Shown piece by piece: positions 1 through 12,610 of a stretch of 64,000 bases of DNA (positions within the stretch are counted from its first letter, which is position 1; the number at the start of each line of letters is the position of its first letter). Source of the stretch: Phoronis australis (lineage: Eukaryota > Animalia > Phoronida); assembly GCA_002633005.1 (NCBI GenBank), contig NMRA01000074.1:62001-126000 (forward strand). The letters run 5' to 3'. The notes below the pieces were generated by a model. The model was not told where the DNA came from and searched no databases. It saw only the letters and a program-made list of their open reading frames with translations. Position numbers and translations under genes: made by a program.

Positions 1-1299
1 CCCATGTGAATTCGCTTGTGGGTCGTAAGATTTGACTGTGTGGTAAATGACTTTTCGCACGCATCACAGTGATAACCCCTGATCCCGCTGTGAGTAGCCT
101 CGTGTTCGCGACAGTGCTCCGCTCGTGTAAACGCTTTACTACACACAGAGCATCCGTATTTCTTCTCCCCGCTATGAATCAGTCGATGCCTTTTCATTTT
201 ACAGACCTCCGCAAATGCTTTACCACAGATGTCGCAGGAAAATGGTCTCTCCCCGGTGTGCAGGCGGTGGTGGACTTTCAACAAGTACGATGTCGCAAAC
301 ATTCTTTCACACACTTCACACTTGTACCGTCTGTCAGAATGTTGCAGCTGCTTATGTGCCCCCAAAGTCTGTGACGTCTTACACGCTTTACCACAGACGT
401 CACACACGTGAGGCGACTCCGTAGCGTGTAGTGCAGAATGCACTTTGAGAGTCTTGTGAGAGCGAAATGACTTTCCGCATTCACAACATAGAAAAGACCG
501 ACCGTTCAAATGAACCAAACCGTGGCTCTGCAAATAACGTTCAGTACGGAAGCCCTTACCACATACACTACAATTGTATGGCTTTACATTGTTGTGAGAC
601 ATCATATGAGCATCCAGTTTTGTTTTCGATTTCAATACTACTTCACACACGGGGCAATCATACATGACTCGACAACAGTTCCGAGGTACATCTGCAGCTC
701 TGCCATGCACATCATCAGAACATAGTTGACAAGAAAACTTGCCTTCATCTTCACATTTATCAGAATCACCTTCATTTCTTTTCTCTCTGGTATAAGTCTT
801 CTTACACATATTGCATTCACGAGTAAAAACTTGCGTTTTGAGCTCTGACTTTTGCCCTAACTCATGTGGTGTTTCACCACTGGTGGATTCCTGACCCAGC
901 GCTTCCTCTTCATCAAGATCATCACGTGACCAAACTTTTGTGTTTTCATGATCGGATTGTTTTGCACCAGACACTTGCAAAGACTGTCCGTAACAGCCAA
1001 TGTCCGTCCAGGATGTTACACCACTTTCATCGTTGGTATCAATGTTCGACGTTAAAAATTGACATGCAGTCGAGTGTCTGGTTCCCTCTGGCTGGCAGGT
1101 AAATGCGTTACCATAGATCATCCTCTGAGCAACTTCTTTTTCAGGAGGAGTAATGATAGAGCCATAAAGGCCCGGTACTGTTTCTGTAGAATTCACCTTT
1201 TTCTCATTACAGCACTCTGACTTCTGATTCCTGGCAGTAAAATTCCGCTTCTTGCACCGAGACAGGTCTTCGTCACCCAGCGGTGTAGTGCCAGAAGGC
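1..1299 (-). CDS. Tandem C2H2 zinc-finger protein, large finger-encoding exon (continues off the left edge)
   Basis: Manual translation is open from acceptor ttctag|g (exon starts 1299) to the window edge. At least 8 fingers, e.g. CPVCEVVLKSKTKLDAHMMSH, CSVCGKGFRTERYLQSHGLVH, CEVCERMFATSYLLKVHHRLH-TGERPFS-CDICGKAFAEVCKMKRHRLIH-SGEKKYG. Absent from the ORF track because there is no stop in the window. Confidence 0.95.
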
Positions 1300-2776
1300 C
1301 TAGAACGAGCATGGAAAGTTCATTAATTTCACACAAACCGATATCATGGCTAGTGTAACTCTTCAATTATTTCGCACAAAATTAATGGCCACAATTTTCA
1401 AATGCTATAAATAATTACAAAACAGCAAGTGTAGTTTTTCAACAACTACACGCAAAAAATAAGGTAGAATTTATTTGATGTTTAGTTTTGTAAAAAGTTG
1501 AAAGTATAAAATATCAGTGCTTCCTCACTTTGTATGTGAAATAAGTAAAAAGTTACCCCATTCTAATAAAGCCAAGCTAAACATGCATGACAACAACAAA
1601 CAGGTGTAACATATTTTGTGGATTTTTCTATTTAGGGGTTTAGCAAACGATCATATATTTGAACCATTCAGCTACTAGTGATGGATCTACAATCTACATG
1701 TAACTGCATTTCAGTTAAACTAAACATAAAACTCACAGTTGTAACCTGCTTGTTCACAACATAAAAGTTCACATGGAGGGCTAATAACATGCAGCCTCTG
1801 TAGTGATGGGGTGCGACACTGGCGTATGAAGGTGGGGAAAATTTGAACTCGTCCAACCACCTCCACTAACTTTTCATTCCTAGGAGCCTGATATGCTAGA
1901 CTCCCTATCATCGACAAAGAGTTTCTTGTTTGGTCAGACAACATCCAAAAACTCGATTCAATTTGATCTACCTTGCCACGTTTAAGCAATGTGTATTATA
2001 CCCATGGCAAGTAAAAAAGATGTGAATGTTGCCACAATTGCCTGTTAGTCCAAAAGTAATTACAGTGCATCAAACATTTCAAGCACCAATGATGTGGACG
2101 TGCTCCAAAATTGTTCCTTGAACTACAAACTCATAACTAAATACACATGAACTACTTAATAATTTACAACATTTACATATGTGTGGTAAAGTGAACTTCT
2201 CTGTTGTGTGGTTCTGTCAAGCTTTTATGAGTAACAGTCAACCAACAGTAAAACAGCAAAACCAGTAAATGAACAATCCATAACAGGGCAAATTGTTATG
2301 TATGTCTTTCTATTTTAGTGTTGTAATAATTTAAATTGCAGACCGCAAGGTCTAAAATATATTGTACTGGAATTGAAATGTGGAAGTTACATTCAGGCAG
2401 AACTATGACTAGAAAAAGTCCAATTCTGTTCCCTTTATTCTCATACAAAAGACACTGGCTGCGAAAGTAACTGTTAATTTATGATTTCTGCTTCTGTTAC
2501 GGCGAGGATCATTTCAAAATACGAGTCAGAAAATGAGATGAGACACACGAGGCATCTCACCACTTGTAAGATTTACCAAGTAACAGGTCAAAGAAATTTT
2601 CTACTTTAATAACAGATTTCATCCTCACTTTCAAACGGAAAAATTACCTCACAAATTCTTTAAAATGTCAAAGTAATTATTACTTTTTGGTTTGAATATG
2701 AAGTCTGCCGTAAAACAAGCACCATCTCAATGAAGTTATTTACTGAAGTTTCTATTTTGTTGAGCACAAACACAAC

Positions 2777-2887
2777 CTGCATGGAAAGCAAGTGTCCCGA
2801 AGCAATGTATGAAGTCGTTCATTTTCGTTGGCGAGTCTAGTTAGTTCTTGGTCTTTTTCCTTCACTGTTTCCTCCAACTGTGCAAGC
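2777..2887 (-). CDS. Coiled-coil exon of the zinc-finger gene (copy A)
   Basis: cag|G...AG|gtt, 111 nt, phase 2/2, matching the phase of the 1299 acceptor; encodes LAQLEETVKEKDQELTRLANENERLHTLLRDTCFPCR. Confidence 0.8.
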
Positions 2888-3294
2888 CTGAGCAGAATGA
2901 TTGTGTCATAAGAGTAGAAGATAAAATAAAAAGACAATCGCAGCCACTTACTGAATAAGAAAACTAGGTCACAGTAAAACTGCCATAATCTGGAACCAAC
3001 TGGTCTGAGAGAATTTGTCTGAGTACAGCAAAGCTGGCTTATTTGAAGTGCAGGACTAGAACAACCATACCACAGGACTTCTTATGAGTTAAGCAAAAAT
3101 CCGCCATATGCATGTCTGACTTATGCAAGTTACGTGCATTAGAAACTACTAAGATGCATTCAACAGTTTAAAATTTAAAATTAGGTCATCATTTTCGTAA
3201 ATCTGTACATATGAAAACTGTCCCAATGTCTTTATCTCACATCCCAAACGCACACGAGAAAGGTCGTTTCTACTTTTTCAAACGGAAACCCAAC

Positions 3295-3405
3295 CTGTAT
3301 GCCAAGCAAGTGTCCTGGACCAATGTACACAGTCGTTCATTTTCTTTGGTCAACTGGGCTATTTCCTGATCTTTATCCTTCAATGATGTTTCCAACTGTG
3401 CAAGC
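3295..3405 (-). CDS. Coiled-coil exon of the zinc-finger gene (copy B)
   Basis: aag|G...AG|gtt, 111 nt, phase 2/2; encodes LAQLETSLKDKDQEIAQLTKENERLCTLVQDTCLAYR, a clear paralog of 2777-2887. Confidence 0.8.
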
Positions 3406-3728
3406 CTTAAAGGAAGAATAAAACAATCACAGTTACACACAACTGACACAGGAACAGCAATATTAGATTAAATTTAGAAATTATTCATTTGAATAAACTA
3501 ATGATATCAACCACTTAGCAGATCGCTCTTTAAGTAATGTAAGACAAAACCAAAGTGTTGCATGTCAAGAGGCCACTCACTGGTTTACAGCAAACAATAT
3601 TGCAGCAAATAATGAAAAAGTCCATCATCTTTTCCAAAAATGGCATAAACGATGCTGAATTATATTACAGGTTGATGATTACAAGAATTACATGATCTTC
3701 ACCTTCATTATTCTACAACCATTGTGGC

Positions 3729-4300
3729 CATTATCTGCCAGAAAGCCTCCAAACAAGTTACCACGTGGATATTATCTGTCAGAGGTCTCCAGACAGGTAA
3801 ACACATGGAAATAAATCTGTCTCAAGGTCTTCAGTAACCATGTGGACATTACCTGTCAGAAGGATTCCAGACAGGTAAATATGCTTTTTAGGGTCCGACA
3901 TCTGCTAGACATCGACAGCATATTAAAATTATACCATCCTTTTATAGGTTCATATTTCAATCACTGTCCTCTTGTCTGGCACCTAAGTAATTTACAGAAG
4001 AGCAAACAGATAGAAAAAATCCAGTATCGAGCTTTTAGATTCGTATTTAATGACTCTGAATCATCTTGCTCTGACTTGTTAAGAAGGGTAGACTCACTTT
4101 CCCTTGTCAGTTGTACAGTCAAGTCTTTGGCGATTGAAGTGTTTAAACATGCTTCACATATTGGACCCTGTCCACTGTTGCACAAGTTTGCATTCAAACA
4201 ATCACACTGCAATTTTCGTTCAGAAAAAATGTTAAGTGTCAAAAGATTCTACAGCTTATCGTATGGTTTCAATGCCATTTTCTAACAAGGTGCATTACTT
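3729..4300 (+). mobile_element. Decayed LINE (CR1/L2 group) ORF2 C-terminal fragment
   Basis: ORF 3842-4285 contains LYHPFIGSYFNHCPLVWH...IEKIQYRAFRFVFND...LAIEVFK, typical of the post-RT region of CR1/L2-group elements. Confidence 0.8.
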
Positions 4301-4945
4301 ATTTTTTTTGAACTGTTGATTTGCCTGATTACTTTTTACATGATGTATTTTTACTTCATTATTTTCGCAGCCGACTGAGCACCCCATTGGCTAATAATAG
4401 TATTGTCCGATTATGGAGTAAGTGCTTTGTACAGGTATCAAATTCTGGGACATTTTAAATGACTCATGGAGAGTAAATCTTGACAAAATCCCGTGCATTC
4501 CATAAAAATACAGGGCAAACTGGCGGAGTGTTGCTTTTCTCCCAACAAACTTGCCCTATTGAACGCCCGCCTACTTGTAGGAATGCCTTTTTTAGTTCTA
4601 AGAGATGACGAGCACTGACCAAGATATGTAAAAAACCAATCATGCTTAGGATCATGGCCCCACTGTATTGTGTGTACTACTCCACTTCAAGCTGTCAAAG
4701 TCCGTTACTTCAATTCGACAACTTATATTTTAACTGATGCTTGAAGTCCGACTTTAGTGTAGCTCCGTGAGGGTAAAGTCGGTCCACCATGCAGTAAGCA
4801 ACCACTCCTGACTTTTCAAAAATTTTGATTTTAACTGTCCATGCTCGGCTTACCACCCACCCTGTTTTTTTAGATTCCCAATTAAAGCACAATGGGCAGT
4901 AACCCAGACAAGTGCAGTACCTTTAATGTGTAGAGGGCCACCTTA

Positions 4946-5223
4946 GGAGGCCACCGATGTCCTTAATTCCTTCCAACTCAAAGAAATACTCCCATAATCA
5001 AACTTTTTTCTTCGTGTAGTCCTTCGTTCAGTTGCCCAAATCAGCCACTGGCCATTTTTACACTGCACACACCTATTTTTATTGTGCCTGGCAGGAGTGT
5101 GTGCAGAGTTAAAAATGGTCAGTTGCCAATTTGGGCAACTGAACGAAAGACTACTCAAAGAAAAAGTTTGATTACGGGAGTATTTCTTCGAATTTGAAAG
5201 AATTATAGACATTGACAGCCTCC
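4946..5223. mobile_element. Hairpin MITE flanked by TA
   Basis: About 95-bp imperfect inverted arms (ggaggcc...cagttgcccaaat / atttgggcaactg...gcctcc) with TA on both sides. Confidence 0.7.
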
Positions 5224-5264
5224 TACTAACTCTCTAACTCTCTGTGCACAAAGGTACTATTAAC

Positions 5265-8200
5265 CACAGGCGTCCTCAGTTTCTGATATAACACTACAAG
5301 GTATGACATGGGTGCTTCACTTCAGCCGTCCATATCAAACACAAAACTCAATAAATTTACACAAAATAAGGGTTCAACAAACCATTAGCAATTGTTCTTT
5401 CTTCTAATACCTGCTCCAGCGAGTTCACAACAAATTCGTGGTCAAAGCACAAAAATCTTCCCAGAAAGCCCATTCGTACTAACTACTTTGTCACACGGAA
5501 ATTGCTGATTTGTCACGGAATGTCACGACATCAATAACTCCACAATATTTCGTAACCTTCTGTGATGAACCGGCAATTGCCGTCTATCCGTAACTTATCA
5601 GATAATTCTGTACCATACTTGACCTTGAAGTAACCCGCGCGTATCGAAGTAGTTAGTACGTATAGGCTTTTTGGGACGATTTTTGTGCTTTGACCGCAAA
5701 TTTGTTGCGAACTCGCTGGAACTCTGTAAATGTTATTAGAAGAAAGAATAATTGATCCTGGTTTGTTGAACCCGTTTTGTGTAAATTTGTTGAGTTTTAT
5801 GTTTGATATGGACAGCTGAAGTGAAGCACCTGAGGAATTTCTAGTCCCGAGTGTCATACCTTTTAGTACATATATATATATATATATATATATGTATACA
5901 TATTAGGGACGTGACAAAAAATTTTTTTTCAAAACTTATCATTAATTTTGATGCCATTATAAAGCTCTCATCAAGAGCTTTCCAAAAATATCTTTTTTAC
6001 ATTTGTACCTAAAATACTTCCAGAGATATTGCATTGTAATTATCGCTTTTGAAGCTACTAATTCTCTTATTGTTTTAGCCCAAAACATGACGCATTATAT
6101 TAGTATTTTTTACAACATATAATCATAACTTCGCCAGTTCTCAACCAATTTAAATGAAACTTTTTTTGTTTGAAAGATAATAATGTTTAGAATCTGGTTT
6201 GATAAACACCAAAACAATTCTCGACTGAAATGATTAACTGATTGTAATTACGTTAATTAGTCAAGAGAAAATTCTCGCATTTCTTTCTCTAGATGTAACA
6301 CTAATAGAATTCTAAAGCTACGGGAGCTTAATTAAGAGTAACAATACATAAAAATACAACCTTTTTGTTAATTATACGCAGAAAATAAGTATTAATCAGT
6401 AATCAACTAATTACCAAAACGGACTTGAATAACCATAGTATCATCTTTATTGTAAGTACATGAACACTTTCTATAACAAGAGCAATGTGGAACTGAAAAG
6501 CAAGTGAGCACACCACCCTTCATCACGATTCTAAACGTAGTTTGGAGCAGAGCGATGTGGGCAATGTATGAGACATTGTGTGATACCCAACAAAGCACAG
6601 ACACTTCAAAGACTGATGCATGCAGTAGAAGATGTGGATGAGTGTCCAATTTTGTAGAATGAGTGTTTTGATTTCAAAACACTACTGATGTCAAAAGTGA
6701 TACAAAATTGACTTACAACTTTAAGAAATAGAAAAAATATATACATAAATGTCAAACGCATCTGAAAATATGAAGGCGTCATTATCTCTTTCACAGAGCT
6801 TATATGCTGAATTTCATGAAGATTCATCAAGGAACTCGCATGACACCGAGGCAATCGTAAAAAATAAAAAAAATTGCCACTACGGGTCACCACAGTAGGT
6901 GAACCTGCCCAGAAATCAGCGTCAGCAGTAGCCTTCTCATCATTATGATCATTTGAGAAATTTGGCAAACAGGAAAGCTGATGTCACCAACGTACTCATG
7001 TTTTTAAATTGCCAGCAGGTGGTGAAAAATATGCCATTATTTGATAATGAAATAAACAAATAATAATGTTAACGATGAAATATTACCATACTCATTTACA
7101 CAAAAAAGTCTCGCAAAACAAGACTCGCCAAATTGTTATGGTAACTGGCACACCGGAAGACCCGGGATTGTTTGTAAACTAGTACTTCATCAGCATATTC
7201 ACAACGTAACAAAACATAGCATCCTCAACATAAGTACCCTACCAGCCATATACGTGTTGTGACACTTTTTCTCAGCAGAAAACTAAATCTTTATTAACAA
7301 AATCTGCAGCTAATTCATATTAATGCATATCATAGTCCAAAGCAGAGTCTTCATCTTCTTCTTCTTGCCAATAACTTTTAATTTTTGCTCTTCCAGGTAC
7401 TGACGAGCTAAGCCAGGTTTATAAGAAACTAGCGACAGCTTTCTTTTTCTTTTTTGGTGGCATCCTGAAAATAAAAAATATTGAAATTTGTGATTCTGGA
7501 TGTTTATACACTGTACCAAGGAAAGTCCTTTTTGCAAATGCAAAAGGTAATTGTACTCCACTGGCTGTGTATTAAAATGAACTAAAAATTGGCTAACAAT
7601 AATGCACTTCATTTCAGCACTGAAAACACTTTAATGAAATATTGTTTTGCAAAAATGACTTCTAATATCAGTTATCAAAGAACTTTGTTTCCATCTAAGT
7701 TTCTTGAGGTGAGATTGTAAACGAACAAAATTTCATATTGAAATTTATCAAGCAAGTTTGAAATAACAAAAACAATGAAAATGCATTGATGAAATCATTT
7801 CTTCTGTCAATATGAATATAAAGGATTTCAAAAATGTTCACAAAAGGCTAGCTCATCCAGCAATGTGCACTGTTTACATTCGTCAGTCAGCTGTTGTTTG
7901 GCAGCCGCTGTTCATTTATTTAACAAATAAACCAATCACATAGTCAGAACCATGTCACGTGACCTGGGTTCCTGCGACAAAAATCAACAAGAATCATTGT
8001 ATTTAGACCACAAATAACAGTTAATATCCCCAAATGTACATCTAACTTGTACTTGGCGACTTTCAAAACGCAAAACAATTGCAGAAAAGGAACAGGTCAT
8101 GAGAAAAAAGATTCGTTTCCGTTCATCCAACATGGCCGTAACGCTACAAATCCGAGTACCTTAGTGGGGGATTGAAAAAAACTATGAGGGCATCGATAGA

Positions 8201-8600
8201 TTTTCATAAAAATCGGCATGTAGATTCATAAAGGGTTAAATTTAAGCGATGTGATATATTCATACAACAATGTAACTTACCTGAAGAAATGCGATGACTT
8301 GATGATGAACAACAACTTTACTACTCAAACAGCATGGGAATGAAAACGTGAAAACAACTTATTTCATGACGTATACATTCAGGAATCTGTGTTCTACGTC
8401 ATCAAAACCTTCGGTGCATTGTTCCTACAGTTTATACGGAGAGCAAGTGGATTTTTGAGGGGTAGGTTGAAACAATGGTTAATCAGCAGTGACCGCCATT
8501 ATCGGAGAACCAATCAGCAATTAGATAAGATTATATCACGTCCCTAATATATATATATATAGTGTGTATTGGGGACGATCAAAAGCTGAAGACACCTGTG
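5265..8600. mobile_element. Foldback (long palindromic) element, older copy, interrupted by a nested insertion
   Basis: Inverted arms about 5295-5510 and 5570-5868. Ends CACAGGCGTCCTCAG (5265) and CTGAAGACACCTGTG (8600). Homologous to 10081-10704. Confidence 0.75.
5904..8546. mobile_element. Non-autonomous hAT-like DNA transposon inserted in (TA)n
   Basis: Perfect 11-bp TIR TAGGGACGTGA / TCACGTCCCTA; flanking 8-mers ATACATAT / ATATATAT (7/8). TAGGG termini with an 8-bp TSD are hAT-like. Confidence 0.7.
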
Positions 8601-9198
8601 CCAATAACAGCGTAACTTTGATGTTCAAATCAATGTGAGGCATAATTCACCGAAAAGCTTCTGGCGTATGACGCTCCTAAGACCTTCACTCTCTCTACTA
8701 TGACCAGCTAGAGACGGTGGTCACTGTCTAGCTGGCTGGCTAGTAACTGGGCCTACAACGTTTTTTTAATTTTTTTTACAATACCCATGTGTCATACATT
8801 TTTGAAAAGCCCTTGGTGTGAGAAATGAAATGGTGCAAAAATCAGAAAAATTGGATGAGCGGTTGACGAGAAAATGGCCGATGAAACGTGACGATTATGC
8901 GTAAAATATCTGCCTTTTTACATTATTTCGTAAAAAATTAAAGAATATACATGTGCTGCATATAAAAAGATTCGTCTCATTGAGACAAACATGGTGGTAT
9001 GTAGTATATAAAATTTGGATCGATTTCTACAGAGATATTGCTGTTTAAGTTGTTGTTGTAGCATATAGAACAGGCTAATCATGTTTGATGAAAACAATGG
9101 ATTACACAACTCAAAAGGTAAAGAGCAAAGACACCCCATCAGCTAAGAAATAAATACATCTGAGCTAGGAGGAAATTTCACATCAAATCACAAGATCA

Positions 9199-9358
9199 CA
9201 TTGGTGGATTTGGGGGGGCAAGGGGCCTGGCCCGTGGCCCCCCTAAAACTGCCATATTTCATTTGGCAGTTTGAGGGTGCAAATATCTTACAGGTAAAAT
9301 CCTGCGTAATACTCTGCCCTGCACCCCCCTCCTATCTAAAAATCCTAGATCTGCCCTG
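9199..9358. mobile_element. Degenerate MITE (GGCGGATCTAGG-type ends)
   Basis: Ends resemble those of 27720-28695; G- and C-run-rich interior. Confidence 0.4.
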
Positions 9359-9945
9359 AATACTACTACATGGGCTACACATCATTGCCTGACAGTGACA
9401 GGAGGCTGGGGGAGGCTATAGTCCCCCACTTTTTTCAGTGTTGGGTGCCACCCATGTACTATTAGATCGTATCATGGCAAAAAACATCAGAAAGTAGACA
9501 AAAGACCATTTGGGAAGACAAATCACCCTTAACATGAAGAATTTCATCATTTATGCAACAAAAACTTTGTAACAACTTTATTTCGAACGGTGAAGTTGCG
9601 ATGCCATTGAACTTCAACGTAGCCGCTGGTGGCGCTGACATGCGGCGACTTAGTGAACTAACGACTGCTGTTTGAAAAGTGCCAATGCGCAGCAGTTTGA
9701 CAGAATTTCTGAAAATGAAATAATTACCAATTAAAAGAGTGATAAATTCCTCATCTAAAAATCGGGGGGGCATATTGCGCAACTGGAAAAACATCAATCT
9801 CCCGACCGACCAAAATTAGGCCTTCCGGACGATCGAAAATTCGCAATGAAAACTTGGCCTTGACTTCGAGAAAACAACTTGAGGAGATGCGCACGCATCT
9901 AAACTACATCCTGTCCAAATTTCATGTTTGTATTTGAGAGTATAG

Positions 9946-10080
9946 NNNNNNNNNNNNNNNNNNNNNNNNNNNNNNNNNNNNNNNNNNNNNNNNNNNNNNN
10001 NNNNNNNNNNNNNNNNNNNNNNNNNNNNNNNNNNNNNNNNNNNNNNNNNNNNNNNNNNNNNNNNNNNNNNNNNNNNNNNN
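9946..10080. other. Assembly gap (135 N)
   Basis: Run of N. Confidence 1.
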
Positions 10081-10704
10081 AATACTACAAGGTATGACAC
10101 TTCGGACTTGAAATTCCACGGGTGCTTCACTTCAGCCGTCCATAGCAAACATAAAACTCAATAAATTTGCACAAAACAGGGGTTCGACAAACCATGAAGA
10201 ATTGTTCTTTCTCCCAATACCATTCACGGTGTCCTGTTACGGCGACTTCGTAAGAAATTCGCAGTCAAAGAACAAAAATATTCACAAAAAGCCCCCACAC
10301 ACGTTTCCCCTAGGCCCGTCGAGGTCAAGGACGGTACGGAAATTGCCGCTTTGTCGCGTAAAGTCACGATGTCGATACTTCCGTAACTCACCGGCAATTT
10401 CCGTAACCGTCCTTGACCTCGACGGGCCTAGGGGAAACGTGTGTGGGGGCTTTTTGTGAATATTTTTGTTCTTTGACTGCGAATTTCTTACGAAGTCGCC
10501 GTAACAGGACACCGTGAATGGTATTGGGAGAAAGAACAATTATTCATGGTTTGTCGAACCCCTGTTTTGTGCAAATTTATTGAGTTTTATGTTTGCTATG
10601 GACGGCTGAAGTGAAGCACCCGTGGAATTTCAAGTCCGAAGTGTCATACCTTGTAGTATTTATATGTAGTGTATTGGGACGGTCAGAAGCTGAGGACGCC
10701 TGTG
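10081..10704. mobile_element. Foldback element, young near-perfect palindrome (left terminus lost in the gap)
   Basis: Arms 10081-10348 and 10392-10660 are reverse complements; I see one substitution and one 1-nt indel. 43-nt spacer. Right end GCTGAGGACGCCTGTG. Confidence 0.9.
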
Positions 10705-11490
10705 GGAGGAACAAGAGGTACTTTTTCGAAAGTTGATCGCATGGCGGAAAATCGTGCGCTAAAAAAAGCTTACAAAAAATGATTTATCAGCGATAATTTG
10801 GGACAAAAAGATTACAAACTTACAAATAAAGACTAAGGTAACGATTTATAACACAAAATTGTCTTAAAGCTAACTTTGAAGTCTGAAATCGGGTAATTTA
10901 CCGACGTGGGTTTTACACGGAGGCAGATATGGAGCACCGTGACCTACTTTTTGATTGTCCTCCAACTACTACGTCGACGTACTAATATTCCATACCGTTT
11001 ATCATTGTCAGACATTTGCTTTCCAGTAAACATTGTTTTCATCTTAATCGACTAGTCACATAACTCTTGGTCGTCTCATTCAATTACAGATAATTGTCGA
11101 ACCAATCAAACTTCAAGTTGCCACAAATCTCGAATAATTCTACTTTCTTCGCTTCTTTCTTGAGCACCGGAAACAGAAACAAACAAACTCGTTTCCTTTG
11201 CCGAAGACAATGAAATATTGACAGCATCACCCAGTGGCAATTTATCAAGCAGCGCAGCATAGGACTCGGATATAGTCGCTATATGCCGGAGAGTCTAAAC
11301 GACGATGAGCAAAATTGAATAGGTAAATTAGAGGAAAAAATGCTGTTGAGATACAAGAAAAAAGTAACTGAATTTACGGATGTAAGGAAAAAACGGGGAA
11401 TTACATGGTTACGTATTCGGAGGACAAATCACACATTCGTCTGAGGATCCTAATTACTTTTACAGGCCTTTATTTTTGGGAACTGGTCAC

Positions 11491-11671
11491 CTTGAGTAGC
11501 CGCACTTGCCTTTGTTTCGTTGATTGCATAATTGTGCAGTCTCTCTGGTGAGGGAAGTAGTTAATCCCCGTGGCTTTCGATTGCCTTGCCGCTCATGTGT
11601 TACAGTAGTGTTCTCGTTTTTGTTGATCTTCATTGTGATCTCAGTGACATATTCTGGAGAGAGTGTGGTCA
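11491..11671 (-). other. Candidate upstream exon (possibly of the zinc-finger gene)
   Basis: Preceded by a (TTC)n pyrimidine tract and ttaag acceptor. An open frame (MKINKNENTT...GYS) ends AG|gtgacc in phase 2, compatible with exon 3405. Weak donor, no recognisable homology. Confidence 0.25.
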
Positions 11672-11690
11672 CTTAAACCAAAGAGAAAAA

Positions 11691-11720
11691 GAAGAAGAAG
11701 AAGAAGAAGAAGAAGAAGAA
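11691..11720. repeat. (GAA)10 microsatellite
   Basis: Direct reading. Confidence 0.95.
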
Positions 11721-12422
11721 AAAGAAAAAGAAAGGGCAATTTCAATGAAAACATTTCTTTGTCTCAAGTTCTAGCCACGAGATGTGATTTATCCCGCGTT
11801 GAATCTGTCGAGTGCAAATCGATGATATGCGCCGGGCCATGTCGACGTCTTCAAAGTTTCAGTAGCCGGTTCGGTCATCAAACTTTCCGAGTATAGTCAA
11901 AGTAATACAGTTGCAGCAGTATAAATAACACTGGACACGCAATCAAGCTCTAAAGGTAACATCTGGTACAAAACTGTTTATTATATGACACTTAATTCTG
12001 TCTCAGTTTTCAATTGCCAAATATTGTATCGTCTGCAACCGGGCTGCAGGTGCCGATTCCTCGGTAACTGCATTATCAAATATTGTTGTTATTAATTATT
12101 TTCAGGAGATATTACATGTCCAATGCACAGTTACCATTGTTTTCATCATTGTTATCTCTTTTCAAGTAATAAATCGTTACGTTTAAAACTGTTTCTTTTA
12201 CTAGAGAAAACTTAATTGCAACCTAGGCCGCGTAAGTACATACATGTACATATAGGATGTGATCCGCCTCGTGAACAGTCTGAGTGAAATATTTTAAAAA
12301 ATCTGCCGAAAAAAATGAAAGAATTTTAGGAATTACAAGCGTATGGGACAAATACAAAACATACCTCAATATGCGTACATGAAGTAATATCCCACGAGAG
12401 ATTTATTCCGCAGAATCTCACT

Positions 12423-12610
12423 CAGTGGTGAGAAACAACGACCGCCGGTCCTCTTAAATTGGACCCCGACACACCCAAAACAGGACCTCCGGGGATCAAA
12501 TGGGACCGCCGCACCAGAAAATGGGACTGACGCACCTAAAAACATGGCCGCCCCACCAGAAAACAGGACCGCCTCGGACTGAAGATGACCGCCGGGGATT
12601 AAAACCGCAA
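12423..12610. repeat. Degenerate ~20-bp subterminal-type repeats (aaa..GGACCGCC..), probably a DNA transposon end
   Basis: 7-8 variants of GGACCGCC follow CAGTGGTG; the partner end was not found. Confidence 0.5.

Noticed and set aside
69-1102. Plus-strand and off-frame ORFs over the first 1.1 kb
   Set aside because: Shadows of the minus-strand zinc-finger exon.
1720-1989. 89-aa minus-strand ORF as an extra zinc-finger gene exon
   Set aside because: No motif, weak splice signals, and not needed for phase continuity.
10202-10539. Twin 85-aa ORFs on opposite strands
   Set aside because: Artefact of the palindrome.
11586-11896. Poly-Glu and poly-Arg ORFs
   Set aside because: Translations of the (GAA)n microsatellite.
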